This document shows positions 1 through 8,675 of a DNA stretch of 33,531 nucleotides, one piece after another. Source of the stretch: a virus. Lineage: Duplodnaviria; Caudoviricetes. Numbering within the stretch: position 1 is the first letter of the stretch; the number at the start of each line of letters is the position of its first letter. The translations under genes were made by a program, and so were the position numbers. Location of the stretch: the IMG/VR virus record IMGVR_UViG_3300037518_000469, positions 1-33,531 of that record. One strand, 5' to 3'. The notes beneath the pieces are model-generated. The model was not told the DNA's origin, made no database searches, and saw only the letters and a program-made list of their open reading frames with translations.

Positions 1-910
1 CCTTTTGCAGGCGGGCTTTCGTCACGTCGGGCAGTTCTGCCTCAGCCAGCTGCGAGGATACAAAATCACCAGCCTCGCGGAAAAGCAGCTGCTCACGCGC
101 TTTGGCCAGTTCGGCTTCAGCGGTGGTTTTGGCCTCTTCGACTGCCTTCAGCGCGTCGCGGGCCTCTTTTAATTCTTGTTCGCTCATAGCGTCCTCCATG
201 TCTGTTTGCGCGCGAACATCGTCGCCCGCCTCGCTTACGTCGCTTTCCTCGTCACTATCCATCAGCGACAAAACGGCCGTCAGTTGCTCCAACGCCGCCT
301 TCAATTTCGTTTCGTTGGCCTTGCTCAGCACCCGCCCGGCCTCGCTCAAAAATGCGTCAATGCCATTGGGTTGGGTAGGGGGTGGCAGCTTGCCCGCATT
401 CGGGGCGCTCTCAAAAATGGAGACGATAGCCCCGCCCGCGCCGGGCACGGTCACAAAGTCCACCGATTTACCGGCGGCGATCTCTTGAATGATACGGCCG
501 CTTTTACCCTCCGCTTCCCCGGTAGTGTGCCGACCCATGCCGCGAATGCTTACGCCGATGTGCTCGCCAATTTCGTCAATGGCATTGGCGTAGCCCGCAA
601 ACGGCCGTGCTTCAGCATACATGCCGGGGCCGTGGGGTCCGCCTTCAAGCCAGATAGGATCGGAAACGGTGACGGCAGCCAGATCGCGCAGATCGCCCTC
701 GGGTCGCTCCATCTCCTCAGAGGGGGTGGCATGGTTCCACATCATATGAGTGCCCGCCGGGAAAACTTTGGGGATGTCGCGCTCTAAAACGTCGCGGGGG
801 TAGTAGCCGCTGCTGCCCCAGCCGGGCTGGATCAGCTTCAGGCTAATGGTGCCATCACGCCGGACAGCACGTTCGGAGAGGGGAATAAATTCGGATAGTT
901 GGTCGGCCAT
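1..910 (-). CDS. Prohead (capsid maturation) protease/scaffold, runs off the window edge
   Basis: Not in the ORF track. Hand translation from ATG 910: MADQLSEFIPLSERAVRRDGTISLKLIQPGWGSSGYYPRDVLE..MMWNH..IGVSIRG..SVDFVTVPGAGG, followed by an Ala/Glu-rich helical region; lies downstream of portal and MuF. Confidence 0.85.
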   Translation of the reverse strand, partial: MADQLSEFIPLSERAVRRDGTISLKLIQPGWGSSGYYPRDVLERDIPKVFPAGTHMMWNHATPSEEMERPEGDLRDLAAVTVSDPIWLEGGPHGPGMYAEARPFAGYANAIDEIGEHIGVSIRGMGRHTTGEAEGKSGRIIQEIAAGKSVDFVTVPGAGGAIVSIFESAPNAGKLPPPTQPNGIDAFLSEAGRVLSKANETKLKAALEQLTAVLSLMDSDEESDVSEAGDDVRAQTDMEDAMSEQELKEARDALKAVEEAKTTAEAELAKAREQLLFREAGDFVSSQLAEAELPDVTKARLQK

Positions 911-955
911 GCTGTAACGCTACAACAGAGGCCGGACAGTTTTTGACCGTTTGCG

Positions 956-1189
956 CTAGTAGGGGGAAATTGTGAGGGGGAGATCGGACTCCAGGATGCG
1001 CCAGACGCCCGTTTCGTCACGATAGATGGGCACGGCCCGGGAAACGGCCGTAAACAGCCGCCGTGCCGTGCGCTGGCTCACTTGCAAATTTTCGGCCACG
1101 TCAGCGGTAGAGAGTTCGCGGCCAGACACCAGCCAATAGGTGACAATGGCGGCGCGTTCGGTGGGGGTGGATTCGGTGATGTAGGTCAT
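956..1189 (-). CDS. Small winged-HTH DNA-binding protein
   Basis: LSTADVAENLQVSQRTARRL helix-turn-helix followed by a wing hairpin (PIYRDETGVWRI). Confidence 0.75.
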   Translation of the reverse strand: MTYITESTPTERAAIVTYWLVSGRELSTADVAENLQVSQRTARRLFTAVSRAVPIYRDETGVWRILESDLPLTISPY

Positions 1190-1207
1190 TTGGTGAGTAG
1201 GGAGGGG

Positions 1208-1495
1208 CTATCTCCTCATCATTTGTTCGCGGATATGCGCGTCAATAATACGCTTTAGGGGCGGGTTGTTTTCTACGTGGGTATTGATTGCGGTTATCGT
1301 TGTCCTAATCTCCCGCCGTATCGGCTCAAACGCCTTTAAGATTTTATCCGCCATTTCTTGAATTTCGGCAGTTACCGCCTCCCGCTCCTCCGGCGTCATG
1401 GAATCAAACCACTCGCGGACAAGCGCCTTTTTCATCAGAGGCGTTTGTGTGACCATAAGAATATCAATCATCTCGCTCAAGGTTGCCTTAATCAT
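1208..1495 (-). CDS. Hypothetical helical protein
   Basis: ATG 1495 overlaps the MuF stop (ATGA) with AGGAG upstream; lower GC. Confidence 0.65.
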   Translation of the reverse strand: MIKATLSEMIDILMVTQTPLMKKALVREWFDSMTPEEREAVTAEIQEMADKILKAFEPIRREIRTTITAINTHVENNPPLKRIIDAHIREQMMRR

Positions 1496-2382
1496 GCTTT
1501 TCTCCTGTACATGGTGGCGCAACGGCAGCCGGGGTCGCTGGGGAACGTCATGTCCCCGCTGGGGAACGGGTCATCTAACCCAATCCAGCCCGCCGCCGCG
1601 TTGTCTACGTGCGAGGGTCTCACCCTATCATCCCCGGCCGTCAATGCCTTCTTCTCCATCTTTAACCCGGCGTCTTTCAATTCACCCGCCGCCTGGAAAT
1701 TGCCCTGTTCATAGGCCGATCCCAACTCGTACACCGCCACCCGCCGCGATCGCGGATTATCCCCGCCGGTGGCAAACTCAGTGAAGCGCTCGCCTATCGA
1801 ATCGCTCAGCCGGTCATAGCTCCAGCCTTCATCAACCGCCTGGCTAATCATGCTGTTCAGGTAGCTGCGCGTGGTGTCGTTGATTTTCGTCACCTGCTCG
1901 GCCGCGTGTTGTTTGGCGTAGGCCACGGCGCGGGGGTTTTTCAGGTTCCAGGAGACGCCCAGCTCCTCTTGTTCGTCAGCGGCAATGCCCAGCCCGGCAA
2001 TGAGATCGCCGCCGCCTAAGATGAGCATGTCGAGGATGGCGGCTTGCAGCGGGTCGGTAAGGTCGAGTTTGCTATCCCGCGCCGCCGCGTTCCAGAACGG
2101 TATCCAATCGGCGGGGTTGACGGCTTCGCGCAAAACGATAACGCGCCTGCGGTGGCCTGGTTGGTAAATGGCCGCCGTTTCCTTCACCGTTTCCGCGTTC
2201 TTATCAAACTCGCCCCTGAGCTGGCCCAGGCTACGCAGAAATAACCGCCCCTGCTTTTGGAATGCCTTTGCAACGGCCGTTTCCAGCCGTTTGCGCCGCT
2301 GCTCTACCAGTTTATCCCGGCGAATGGCGGCGTTGGCTTCCAGGAAGCGGGTGAGGGGGACGATTAAATCAGCTGTGACCAT
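1492..2382 (-). CDS. Head morphogenesis protein (SPP1 gp7/Mu gpF family)
   Basis: C-terminal K..LTAGDDRVRPSH...FPSG...P.DPGCRC motif; directly follows portal. Confidence 0.9.
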   Translation of the reverse strand: MVTADLIVPLTRFLEANAAIRRDKLVEQRRKRLETAVAKAFQKQGRLFLRSLGQLRGEFDKNAETVKETAAIYQPGHRRRVIVLREAVNPADWIPFWNAAARDSKLDLTDPLQAAILDMLILGGGDLIAGLGIAADEQEELGVSWNLKNPRAVAYAKQHAAEQVTKINDTTRSYLNSMISQAVDEGWSYDRLSDSIGERFTEFATGGDNPRSRRVAVYELGSAYEQGNFQAAGELKDAGLKMEKKALTAGDDRVRPSHVDNAAAGWIGLDDPFPSGDMTFPSDPGCRCATMYRRKA

Positions 2383-4090
2383 TGGCCCCCATCGCCTCCT
2401 TCAACTCCACCAGCAAATCAGAAACGGCCGTTACCTGCCGATTCCAAATCGCTTCACTGGTGGTTTCTTCCTCGGTTTCCTCTTCCTCACTATCGTCCTC
2501 TTCCTCATCCGCCGGGGCAGGGGGGGCACTCACCCGCGCCGCCATCTCATCCGCCCGCGCCTGGCGCTCTTCCTGCTCCTCTTGCCAGATACCCATCACG
2601 GCGTCAACATCGTCCACGCCCAACTCGGACAGCAAACGGCGTACGGCCGTTTCCAGCGGAATGCCCGCGCCCTCGCTGCGTCCGGCCAGCGTTTGCGCGT
2701 CAATGATCGCACTGATGGTCTCTTTGATGTCATGCTGAATAATCGACGGAAAGGCCACGGTTACAGTCGGGTCAATGTCATCATTCCAGGCCACGCGCTC
2801 ATGCACCTGGTCGCCGTCTTTTTCCGGCACCATCCGCCCTAGACTGCGCAGCGGACCTTGCGGCGCTTTCACTGCCCACAGCAGCGCGTAGCCTATGATG
2901 TCACCCAGAACCGACTTCCACAGCGCCTGCCGATCCATAATCAGCAGCTCTGTCGGCCGGTCCAATGATTTCGCCGTAGCAAGGCTGCCCACAGAGGCGT
3001 CACCGAAAAAGGTTTCGGGGAAGCCAAAATCCATAATGGCCATGAGGAGGAGGCGACGGCCATCCTCCGCGCTCATGGTGGCCCCGGCCGTGCGGAATGG
3101 TTGCAGGTCCGTACCCTCGCCGCTGATGAAGGTAGAGCCGGTGACCGGCGGCGGGTTCGTTTCATCGCCCAGCCCGCCGCCCAGGGTGGTGTTCAGTTTG
3201 GCCTTAGCCGCTGCCACGCCGCGTTTGCCGCCCTGTACGGTGAGTTTGGCGGCCCAGCGAGCCAGCGCCTGCCACACCGAGGCTAATTGTTCCAGGAAGG
3301 ATTTATAGGCCAGCGCCCAATCGTTGCCCGCGTAAAATTCCGATACTCCCCAGCGGCCCATCTTGTTTGTGGCCACGTGGTAGACCGGGGTATCCCAGTC
3401 GATACGGCCGTTCAGTCCGCCCAGCGCCGCCAGTTTTTCGGTAAAGCCGACTTTGGAGCGGGGTGTAAATTGCCAATCGGGGTAATAGACCGTGTGGGCC
3501 ACCGTGCCGCCGTCTAGATTCCGCTGCGTCCACATCCGCTTGTAAAACCACGGTTCACGCTTGTCCTCTGGATTGCAGATGATGTCGTCGATTTCCTGGG
3601 GGTCTATGGTGCTGAGGCGGATACGGCCGTTTAGCGCGTTGACGTGGAAGCGAAAGAATAGATTCCCGTCCTGCTGCAAATCCGTTTCCCGTTCGCCGCG
3701 CGCCTGGTGGCCGGTCAATTCGGCCCGGTTGCGTTCATCGTCGATGAACGCCTGCACCGTGGCGTTAATGGTTTCGTCAGCGGCCGAAATGTTGACGCCC
3801 TGTGCCCAAACGTAGAGGCGCTGGATTTTCACGCCGCGCTTGATGATTGGGTTTTTCAGGCGCATGATCCGGGAGAGTTCCGTGATTTGGCGCAGGCCCG
3901 CGCGGGTAAACTCCTGATCGGCCTGCATACTCATCATACGCCATTCGGTGCTGTAGAGCAGCTGCTCCAGGCGCTGCAGAGATTCGGTGAGCTGCCAGAT
4001 TTGGCCGCTTTGGGAAACGGCCGTTTCCTGTAGACTGCTCAGTTTGCCGCCGGTCAGCCGGTCGGCTATGGATTCGGTTATTGTTGCCAT
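2369..4090 (-). CDS. Portal protein
   Basis: 573 aa between TerL and MuF; DGNLFFRF, GFPETFFGD..GSLATAKSL segments; acidic C-terminus. Confidence 0.85.
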   Translation of the reverse strand: MATITESIADRLTGGKLSSLQETAVSQSGQIWQLTESLQRLEQLLYSTEWRMMSMQADQEFTRAGLRQITELSRIMRLKNPIIKRGVKIQRLYVWAQGVNISAADETINATVQAFIDDERNRAELTGHQARGERETDLQQDGNLFFRFHVNALNGRIRLSTIDPQEIDDIICNPEDKREPWFYKRMWTQRNLDGGTVAHTVYYPDWQFTPRSKVGFTEKLAALGGLNGRIDWDTPVYHVATNKMGRWGVSEFYAGNDWALAYKSFLEQLASVWQALARWAAKLTVQGGKRGVAAAKAKLNTTLGGGLGDETNPPPVTGSTFISGEGTDLQPFRTAGATMSAEDGRRLLLMAIMDFGFPETFFGDASVGSLATAKSLDRPTELLIMDRQALWKSVLGDIIGYALLWAVKAPQGPLRSLGRMVPEKDGDQVHERVAWNDDIDPTVTVAFPSIIQHDIKETISAIIDAQTLAGRSEGAGIPLETAVRRLLSELGVDDVDAVMGIWQEEQEERQARADEMAARVSAPPAPADEEEDDSEEEETEEETTSEAIWNRQVTAVSDLLVELKEAMGANGHS

Positions 4091-4092
4091 GG

Positions 4093-4242
4093 TTACATAC
4101 CCCCAAAAATAATAAGTCCGGCAAGAAACGCGATGGCAAAATAAGCTAAGGCCATCGCAATGCCATAAGATGCCCCGCCCGTTTTAACTTGCGTTGTTGT
4201 GGGCTCAGGTCTGGGTCTCGGTCTTGGGTTTTTCTCGTCCAT
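4093..4242 (-). CDS. 49-aa single-pass membrane peptide
   Basis: Hand translation MDEKNPRPRPRPEPTTTQVKTGGASYGIAMALAYFAIAFLAGLIIFGGM*; GGAGG SD; fills the TerL-portal gap. Confidence 0.65.
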   Translation of the reverse strand: MDEKNPRPRPRPEPTTTQVKTGGASYGIAMALAYFAIAFLAGLIIFGGM

Positions 4243-4251
4243 TCAATCCTC

Positions 4252-5493
4252 CTAATACGGTGAGATCACCGCCGGTTCTTCGTCAATAACGACGCCGCTG
4301 TAGCTCGGCTCTTCCATTTCCATGACGCCTTGCCAGGCCAATGCCAGCGCCATCACGCAATCGTCGTGCATACCAGACGGGGCACTGTAGCGCAACATCC
4401 CCGACGGCAGCCGCTCCATCTCGTAGGCTTGCAGCTCGCCTATTAAAATCAGGTCACTCAGCACTTCGATCTCGCCCCGCTCAAAAGCCATTGCTAATTC
4501 GTCAATGGCGCGGGTTTTGGTGGCGTTGGTAGTAGTGAAGGGGAGGACGGGCAAGCCCTGGCGTTGCAGCTGCTCTATAATGGGATCGCCCATGCTGTTA
4601 CGCTCGGCCACAATGCCCACGGGCTTGAACTTCTCCGCCAGCGCCGCCAGCCTGCCTACCTGTACATGATAATCAATCTGGTTGAAGCGGTCGATATAGG
4701 CCATGCGCTTCATTTTGGCATCCATCACCGCAATGACGGTGAAGTCATTCATCTTGCCCCAATCGACACCAAATACATACGGCCCTGGTCCTGGCTTCTC
4801 CTCGGGAACGGCCGTTGCTGCATCCATCACCCGCCGGAATACGCCGCCCGCATCCTCCAGAAATTGCGCCATCACCTCCTGATTGTAAACCAATTCAGGC
4901 ATGGATAGGCGCATGGCTTCGATTTCTCGGGGGGCGATGAACGGGTTGGCGTGCGTCGGCATCTGCCAGCTGGCCCACTCTGGCTGTAGTTCGTCTTGCC
5001 CCCACTGGTACATCTGCCAGAAGCCATTACGGCCTTTGGGTGTGGACAGGAACCAGGCATCACCCTGGTAATCTGCCAGGGTGGAACGCAGCACGATTTG
5101 CCAATGGTCCATTAACGCCTTGACTATTGCCGCCTCATCCACAATGATGCGCTTGTATTCACGGCCGCGCCCGGCGTTGATGTCATCCAATGACCAGAAC
5201 TCCAGCAAGCCGCCGGTGACAAATTCAATCCGGCGCTCCTGGGCATTTTTGCGCTTTTCGATGGGCTGGAAGATGATCGACGCTTCACGCCACACTTCCA
5301 GCAACAGTTTGTAAGTGGGGGAGAACCAGCCGACGGGATAGGACAGGACGGCCGGATCGGCGGCACGGTCTAGGCCCAGCTGCGTTTTGCCAAAGCGACG
5401 GCCGCAGTCCACTACGTTGAACCGGGCGGCCTCGCTAATGACGCGGGCCTGGGCGGCGTGCGGTTTAGGCAGGGTTATCGTCAGTTTCGGCAT
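4252..5493 (-). CDS. terL: Terminase large subunit
   Basis: Walker A CGRRFGKT, Walker B IIVDEAA, motif C STP, RNase H-like nuclease GVDWG...HDDCVMALALA. Confidence 0.97.
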   Translation of the reverse strand: MPKLTITLPKPHAAQARVISEAARFNVVDCGRRFGKTQLGLDRAADPAVLSYPVGWFSPTYKLLLEVWREASIIFQPIEKRKNAQERRIEFVTGGLLEFWSLDDINAGRGREYKRIIVDEAAIVKALMDHWQIVLRSTLADYQGDAWFLSTPKGRNGFWQMYQWGQDELQPEWASWQMPTHANPFIAPREIEAMRLSMPELVYNQEVMAQFLEDAGGVFRRVMDAATAVPEEKPGPGPYVFGVDWGKMNDFTVIAVMDAKMKRMAYIDRFNQIDYHVQVGRLAALAEKFKPVGIVAERNSMGDPIIEQLQRQGLPVLPFTTTNATKTRAIDELAMAFERGEIEVLSDLILIGELQAYEMERLPSGMLRYSAPSGMHDDCVMALALAWQGVMEMEEPSYSGVVIDEEPAVISPY

Positions 5494-5995
5494 ATCTAAC
5501 CACTACCTCCAATTTGTCGCCGCCGGTGGTGATGTCCTGCTTATCCACCAGATCCCCGGTAAGCGTGAAATAAGTCCGCTGCGACTGGGCAAACTGCCCG
5601 TGCTCCTTATCCGTCACCACCTGACCCAGCGCCTCCACCGCGCCCAGCCGATAGCGGCCCAGGATTCGGGTAAACGTCATCTGCTGCCCGGTGGCGGCGA
5701 ATTCGGCGTGCTCCTCCTGGTATTTGCGGATGGTGCGGGCAGACACGCCCAGCAGTTCGGCAAACTCCTTTTGCTTGTCAGGCAAGCCAACCATTTTGAG
5801 CAGGTTCAGGCCGCTGTTGTCTTTGGCGGTTTTGTGGGATTCCCAGGCGGCCCATAGTGCGATCCGGTGATGGGCGGCTGTGGAACGGCCGTTGTTCCGT
5901 TCCTTCAGTTCGTGGCGGACGTTGTGGTAAACGTCCGCTAATGGGCTGTCGTTGAAAATGGGTGAAGTGTGGTCGAACTCTGGCGCGTTGCTCAT
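5465..5995 (-). CDS. terS: Probable terminase small subunit
   Basis: HTH QKEFAELLGVSARTIRKY, C-terminal DKQDITTGGDKLEVVVRY tail, overlaps the terL start. Confidence 0.75.
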   Translation of the reverse strand: MSNAPEFDHTSPIFNDSPLADVYHNVRHELKERNNGRSTAAHHRIALWAAWESHKTAKDNSGLNLLKMVGLPDKQKEFAELLGVSARTIRKYQEEHAEFAATGQQMTFTRILGRYRLGAVEALGQVVTDKEHGQFAQSQRTYFTLTGDLVDKQDITTGGDKLEVVVRYAETDDNPA

Positions 5996-6046
5996 ATTGT
6001 CCAAAAAGCGGAAAAAGCGGAATTTTTCAATTCTGGCAAATCCCCC

Positions 6047-6637
6047 CTAAGTCACTGCGTGAGTTATCACTATCCGAAACAATTTATACTCCAAACAATC
6101 TTCATTATTACGAGTATGGGCATATTTTACCCGCCTGCCCTTACGGCCGTTGCTACAACCCAGTCGCCCCAGCCAGCCAGGCCGCAACCAGCAGCGCTTT
6201 CCCCAGCTGGTCCCAGTTGACCCGGGCGGCCACACCAGCCGCGGCAACGGCCGTTTCCGGTTCCCCGGCCATCGCAGCAAAAAAGCCAGCGGCGCTTGTT
6301 CCTCCGCTGGCTCCAAAACTTGAATATCGAATGATGCTTTGATTGGCCAGGAAACGGCCGTTTCCAACTCGTTCAGCACCGCCGTGTAATCCATCCGGTA
6401 CTTTTTCGACAGATACCCGGCAAACCGCGCCCGCTGCGGTTCTGACAAATCGCCCAGGGCGAGATCGTAAGCCAGGACCGGAAACGCCCTGCCCTGCTGC
6501 TCTTGCCATCGCGGGGTGGCTGCCAGCACCGGCAGCGTATCCGTACCAAAGACGTGCAGCCAGGTAGCCTGGCGCTTTTCGTCAGTGGTTTGGATCAGGT
6601 GCCCGGCTGGGCTGGTAGAACGGCCGTTCGTGAACAT
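6047..6637 (-). CDS. Hypothetical protein; C-terminus uncertain (possible frameshift at 6279-6284)
   Basis: First about 118 aa are protein-like and have their own promoter; an alternative -1 frame ends at 6153. Confidence 0.55.
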   Translation of the reverse strand: MFTNGRSTSPAGHLIQTTDEKRQATWLHVFGTDTLPVLAATPRWQEQQGRAFPVLAYDLALGDLSEPQRARFAGYLSKKYRMDYTAVLNELETAVSWPIKASFDIQVLEPAEEQAPLAFLLRWPGNRKRPLPRLVWPPGSTGTSWGKRCWLRPGWLGRLGCSNGRKGRRVKYAHTRNNEDCLEYKLFRIVITHAVT

Positions 6638-6646
6638 TATTGAGAT

Positions 6647-6675
6647 ATTGTACCAGGTTACGTTTCATTTTGGAA
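6647..6675 (-). promoter_or_regulatory. Sigma70-type promoter
   Basis: TTCCAA-17nt-TACAAT with TG extension, 9 nt before ATG 6637 (nearly leaderless). Confidence 0.55.
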
Positions 6676-6699
6676 CATTACCGACTGGAGGAGCAATCC

Positions 6700-7062
6700 T
6701 CACAACAAGCTCGCCTGCACCAGCTCCCGCCAAAACAGAACATGATAGCGCACCTGGTCAGACGGCCGTTTCCCCGGCTCTCCCCTTAACCACGGCTCCC
6801 AATTGATCGTACCCGCGAAACGGCCGTTTCGCTTCAGCGCTTCGCGCAAATCGCGCTGAGTGGTACGCACCTCATTCTCGCTCGGCCACACACCCCGGCG
6901 CGATAGCGTGAGCCGGTACACGCCTGGCTCGGCCCGGTTGTGGCTGCCGGGGGTGTAGGCGAGGATGAGGCCGCCAGAGAGCGGCTTGAGTTTGCGCGGG
7001 TCCTGGCTGGCGATGAGGCCAGCCAGGACATCGACTAGATCGGGCTTGGGCTTGGTGGTCAT
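6700..7062 (-). CDS. Hypothetical protein
   Basis: ATG 7062 (MTTKPKPD) with GGAG upstream, adjacent to the previous stop. Confidence 0.7.
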   Translation of the reverse strand: MTTKPKPDLVDVLAGLIASQDPRKLKPLSGGLILAYTPGSHNRAEPGVYRLTLSRRGVWPSENEVRTTQRDLREALKRNGRFAGTINWEPWLRGEPGKRPSDQVRYHVLFWRELVQASLL

Positions 7063-7063
7063 G

Positions 7064-7366
7064 TCACTCTCCGTGCCGTAAATCGTGATCGATGGCCCAC
7101 TGGCCGCACTTGGAGCAGGTCGCGGTGCTGATGTAGCCCATTTCGTCTGATGCCTCGACGAATGGCCCATCCCAGACATGATCGCAAGTGTCGCGGGTAT
7201 CAATTATGACGTAATCCTCGTCCTCTTCCTCGAATTCGTCATAGTCGTTGATGTGGTCGTAGTCGCACCTGACATGCCAGCAGTGGTCGCAAAAGACTGC
7301 CCCTATCTGCATATCCTTTTCAGTAAGCGGATTGCCGCATTGTCGGCAGTTGGTTGGTTCACTCAT
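7064..7366 (-). CDS. Cys/His-rich Zn-ribbon protein
   Basis: CRQC, CDHC, CDH and CSKC pairs; acidic linker. Confidence 0.7.
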   Translation of the reverse strand: MSEPTNCRQCGNPLTEKDMQIGAVFCDHCWHVRCDYDHINDYDEFEEEDEDYVIIDTRDTCDHVWDGPFVEASDEMGYISTATCSKCGQWAIDHDLRHGE

Positions 7367-7689
7367 CAGTTCAGACTCCCGGTAACTTCTGGATGCCGCT
7401 CCAAATTGTGATTAAACGGCCGTCCCCCGACCCTACCCCGCGCCTCCCCTATCGGCAGCCGCTTACCCTCCAGCGGTTGGCCATCAATGACAAACTTAAT
7501 TTCCGCTTCGGCCGCCAGGCAGTCGTCACAGATAACGGCCGTTGCCCCATCCATCGGCAAGCCGCACTGAAGGCAGCCCCAACCGGTGCCCGGCACCGGC
7601 GCGGTGAAGTCCAGCATCATGAGATTGCGTACGCTGTTGCCGGTGCGGCCGCAGGCGCAGCAGGGGCCGAAGTCGAGGGTGTTGTTCAT
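7366..7689 (-). CDS. Cys-rich Zn-binding protein
   Basis: CCAC, CLQC, CDDC; AGGAGG SD, ATGA coupling. Confidence 0.75.
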   Translation of the reverse strand: MNNTLDFGPCCACGRTGNSVRNLMMLDFTAPVPGTGWGCLQCGLPMDGATAVICDDCLAAEAEIKFVIDGQPLEGKRLPIGEARGRVGGRPFNHNLERHPEVTGSLN

Positions 7690-7886
7690 GGTGCCTCCTG
7701 GGGCAATTTGTACGCGCCGGAATAGACCTCAACGGCCGCCCCGTTGAGTGCGGCCAGTGTTAGCATGGTGGTCGCTTCCCGGATACTTAGACCGGCAAGA
7801 TTCGCAACCACCGATACTGGCTGCGGCGAATCGGATAAATAATCAAGTATGTTAATGCTGGTCGAAAAAAGCGTTTGCTGGCTCAT
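7686..7886 (-). CDS. Small winged-helix protein (DprA-WH-like)
   Basis: ILDYLSDSPQPVSVVANLAGLSIREATTMLTLAALNG..GAY pattern; SD and ATGA coupling. Confidence 0.65.
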   Translation of the reverse strand: MSQQTLFSTSINILDYLSDSPQPVSVVANLAGLSIREATTMLTLAALNGAAVEVYSGAYKLPQEAP

Positions 7887-8077
7887 GATGCCTCCTGGGA
7901 AACGGCCGTTTCCCCAGCCGAGTGCTTATGTCTCTTCTGAAACCGCTTGATGTACGCCGTAAACTCAGTCATTGGCGAGGGCAGCGGCGGGATGACGCTT
8001 TCGCGGCAAACGGGGCAGTGGAGCTCGTAACGGCCGTCCGGTAGGGTTTTGATAACGGGTTCGGTTGATTTACTCAT
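7883..8077 (-). CDS. Small Zn-finger-like protein
   Basis: CPVC...HKH; SD and ATGA coupling. Confidence 0.7.
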   Translation of the reverse strand: MSKSTEPVIKTLPDGRYELHCPVCRESVIPPLPSPMTEFTAYIKRFQKRHKHSAGETAVSQEAS

Positions 8078-8373
8078 GTGGGGGTCTCCTGGGTAACGGC
8101 CATTTCCCTAAACCTCCGCTTTGCATTTTCAATAGATTTTTGCCTTGCCCCGCGCATGAATGGCAGCGGCATCCTCTCACCGTCCTGATGATTACGACCG
8201 CAGCGCAGGCACGTAACACTCCAGCCATACCACGGCGTAAAAATGCCGATGAACCAGGAGCGCCGCCAGCCGCAATCGCGGCAAATGCCAGAGGCTATTC
8301 GCTTGTCAGTTGGTTGTGGGGCGTGGATGTGTACCCTCACGGTGTCAGTTAGAATGCCGTTTGATTCGTTCAC
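8074..8373 (-). CDS. Zn-ribbon protein
   Basis: CRDC...CLRC; GTGA coupling with AGGAGG. Confidence 0.7.
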   Translation of the reverse strand: MNESNGILTDTVRVHIHAPQPTDKRIASGICRDCGWRRSWFIGIFTPWYGWSVTCLRCGRNHQDGERMPLPFMRGARQKSIENAKRRFREMAVTQETPT

Positions 8374-8675
8374 GCGCTCACCTCCTGGGAAACGGCCGTT
8401 TCCGCCAATTCCTTCTCGCAGGGACTATTAAACTGGTGCGCAAGCAGATCTGTCTCATCGCTGAATTCCTGGGCGCACACCTCGCATACCCAAGGGTCAG
8501 CAACGGGCGTTTCCAACAACATCGCCACACCGCAATGTTTAGGCCAGCCGTCGGCTAGATATTTTGCGGCCTGTGCAGCGGTGAAAGTTTCATTGTGGCT
8601 GCACTTCAGGCAGGTCAGTTTGCCGCCGTTGGGGAAAACGTCGTTGGCGATGTTGGTGTGGATATTCCCGATCAT
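8370..8675 (-). CDS. Zn-finger protein
   Basis: Start ATG 8675 (MIGNIH) after AGGAGG; CLKC..HC and C2H2-like CEVC...F.....L..H....C. Confidence 0.7.
   Translation of the reverse strand: MIGNIHTNIANDVFPNGGKLTCLKCSHNETFTAAQAAKYLADGWPKHCGVAMLLETPVADPWVCEVCAQEFSDETDLLAHQFNSPCEKELAETAVSQEVSA

Noticed and set aside
6003-6028. AAAAAGCGG tandem before terS as a pac/cos site
   Set aside because: Plausible position, but only two short copies; needs read-end data
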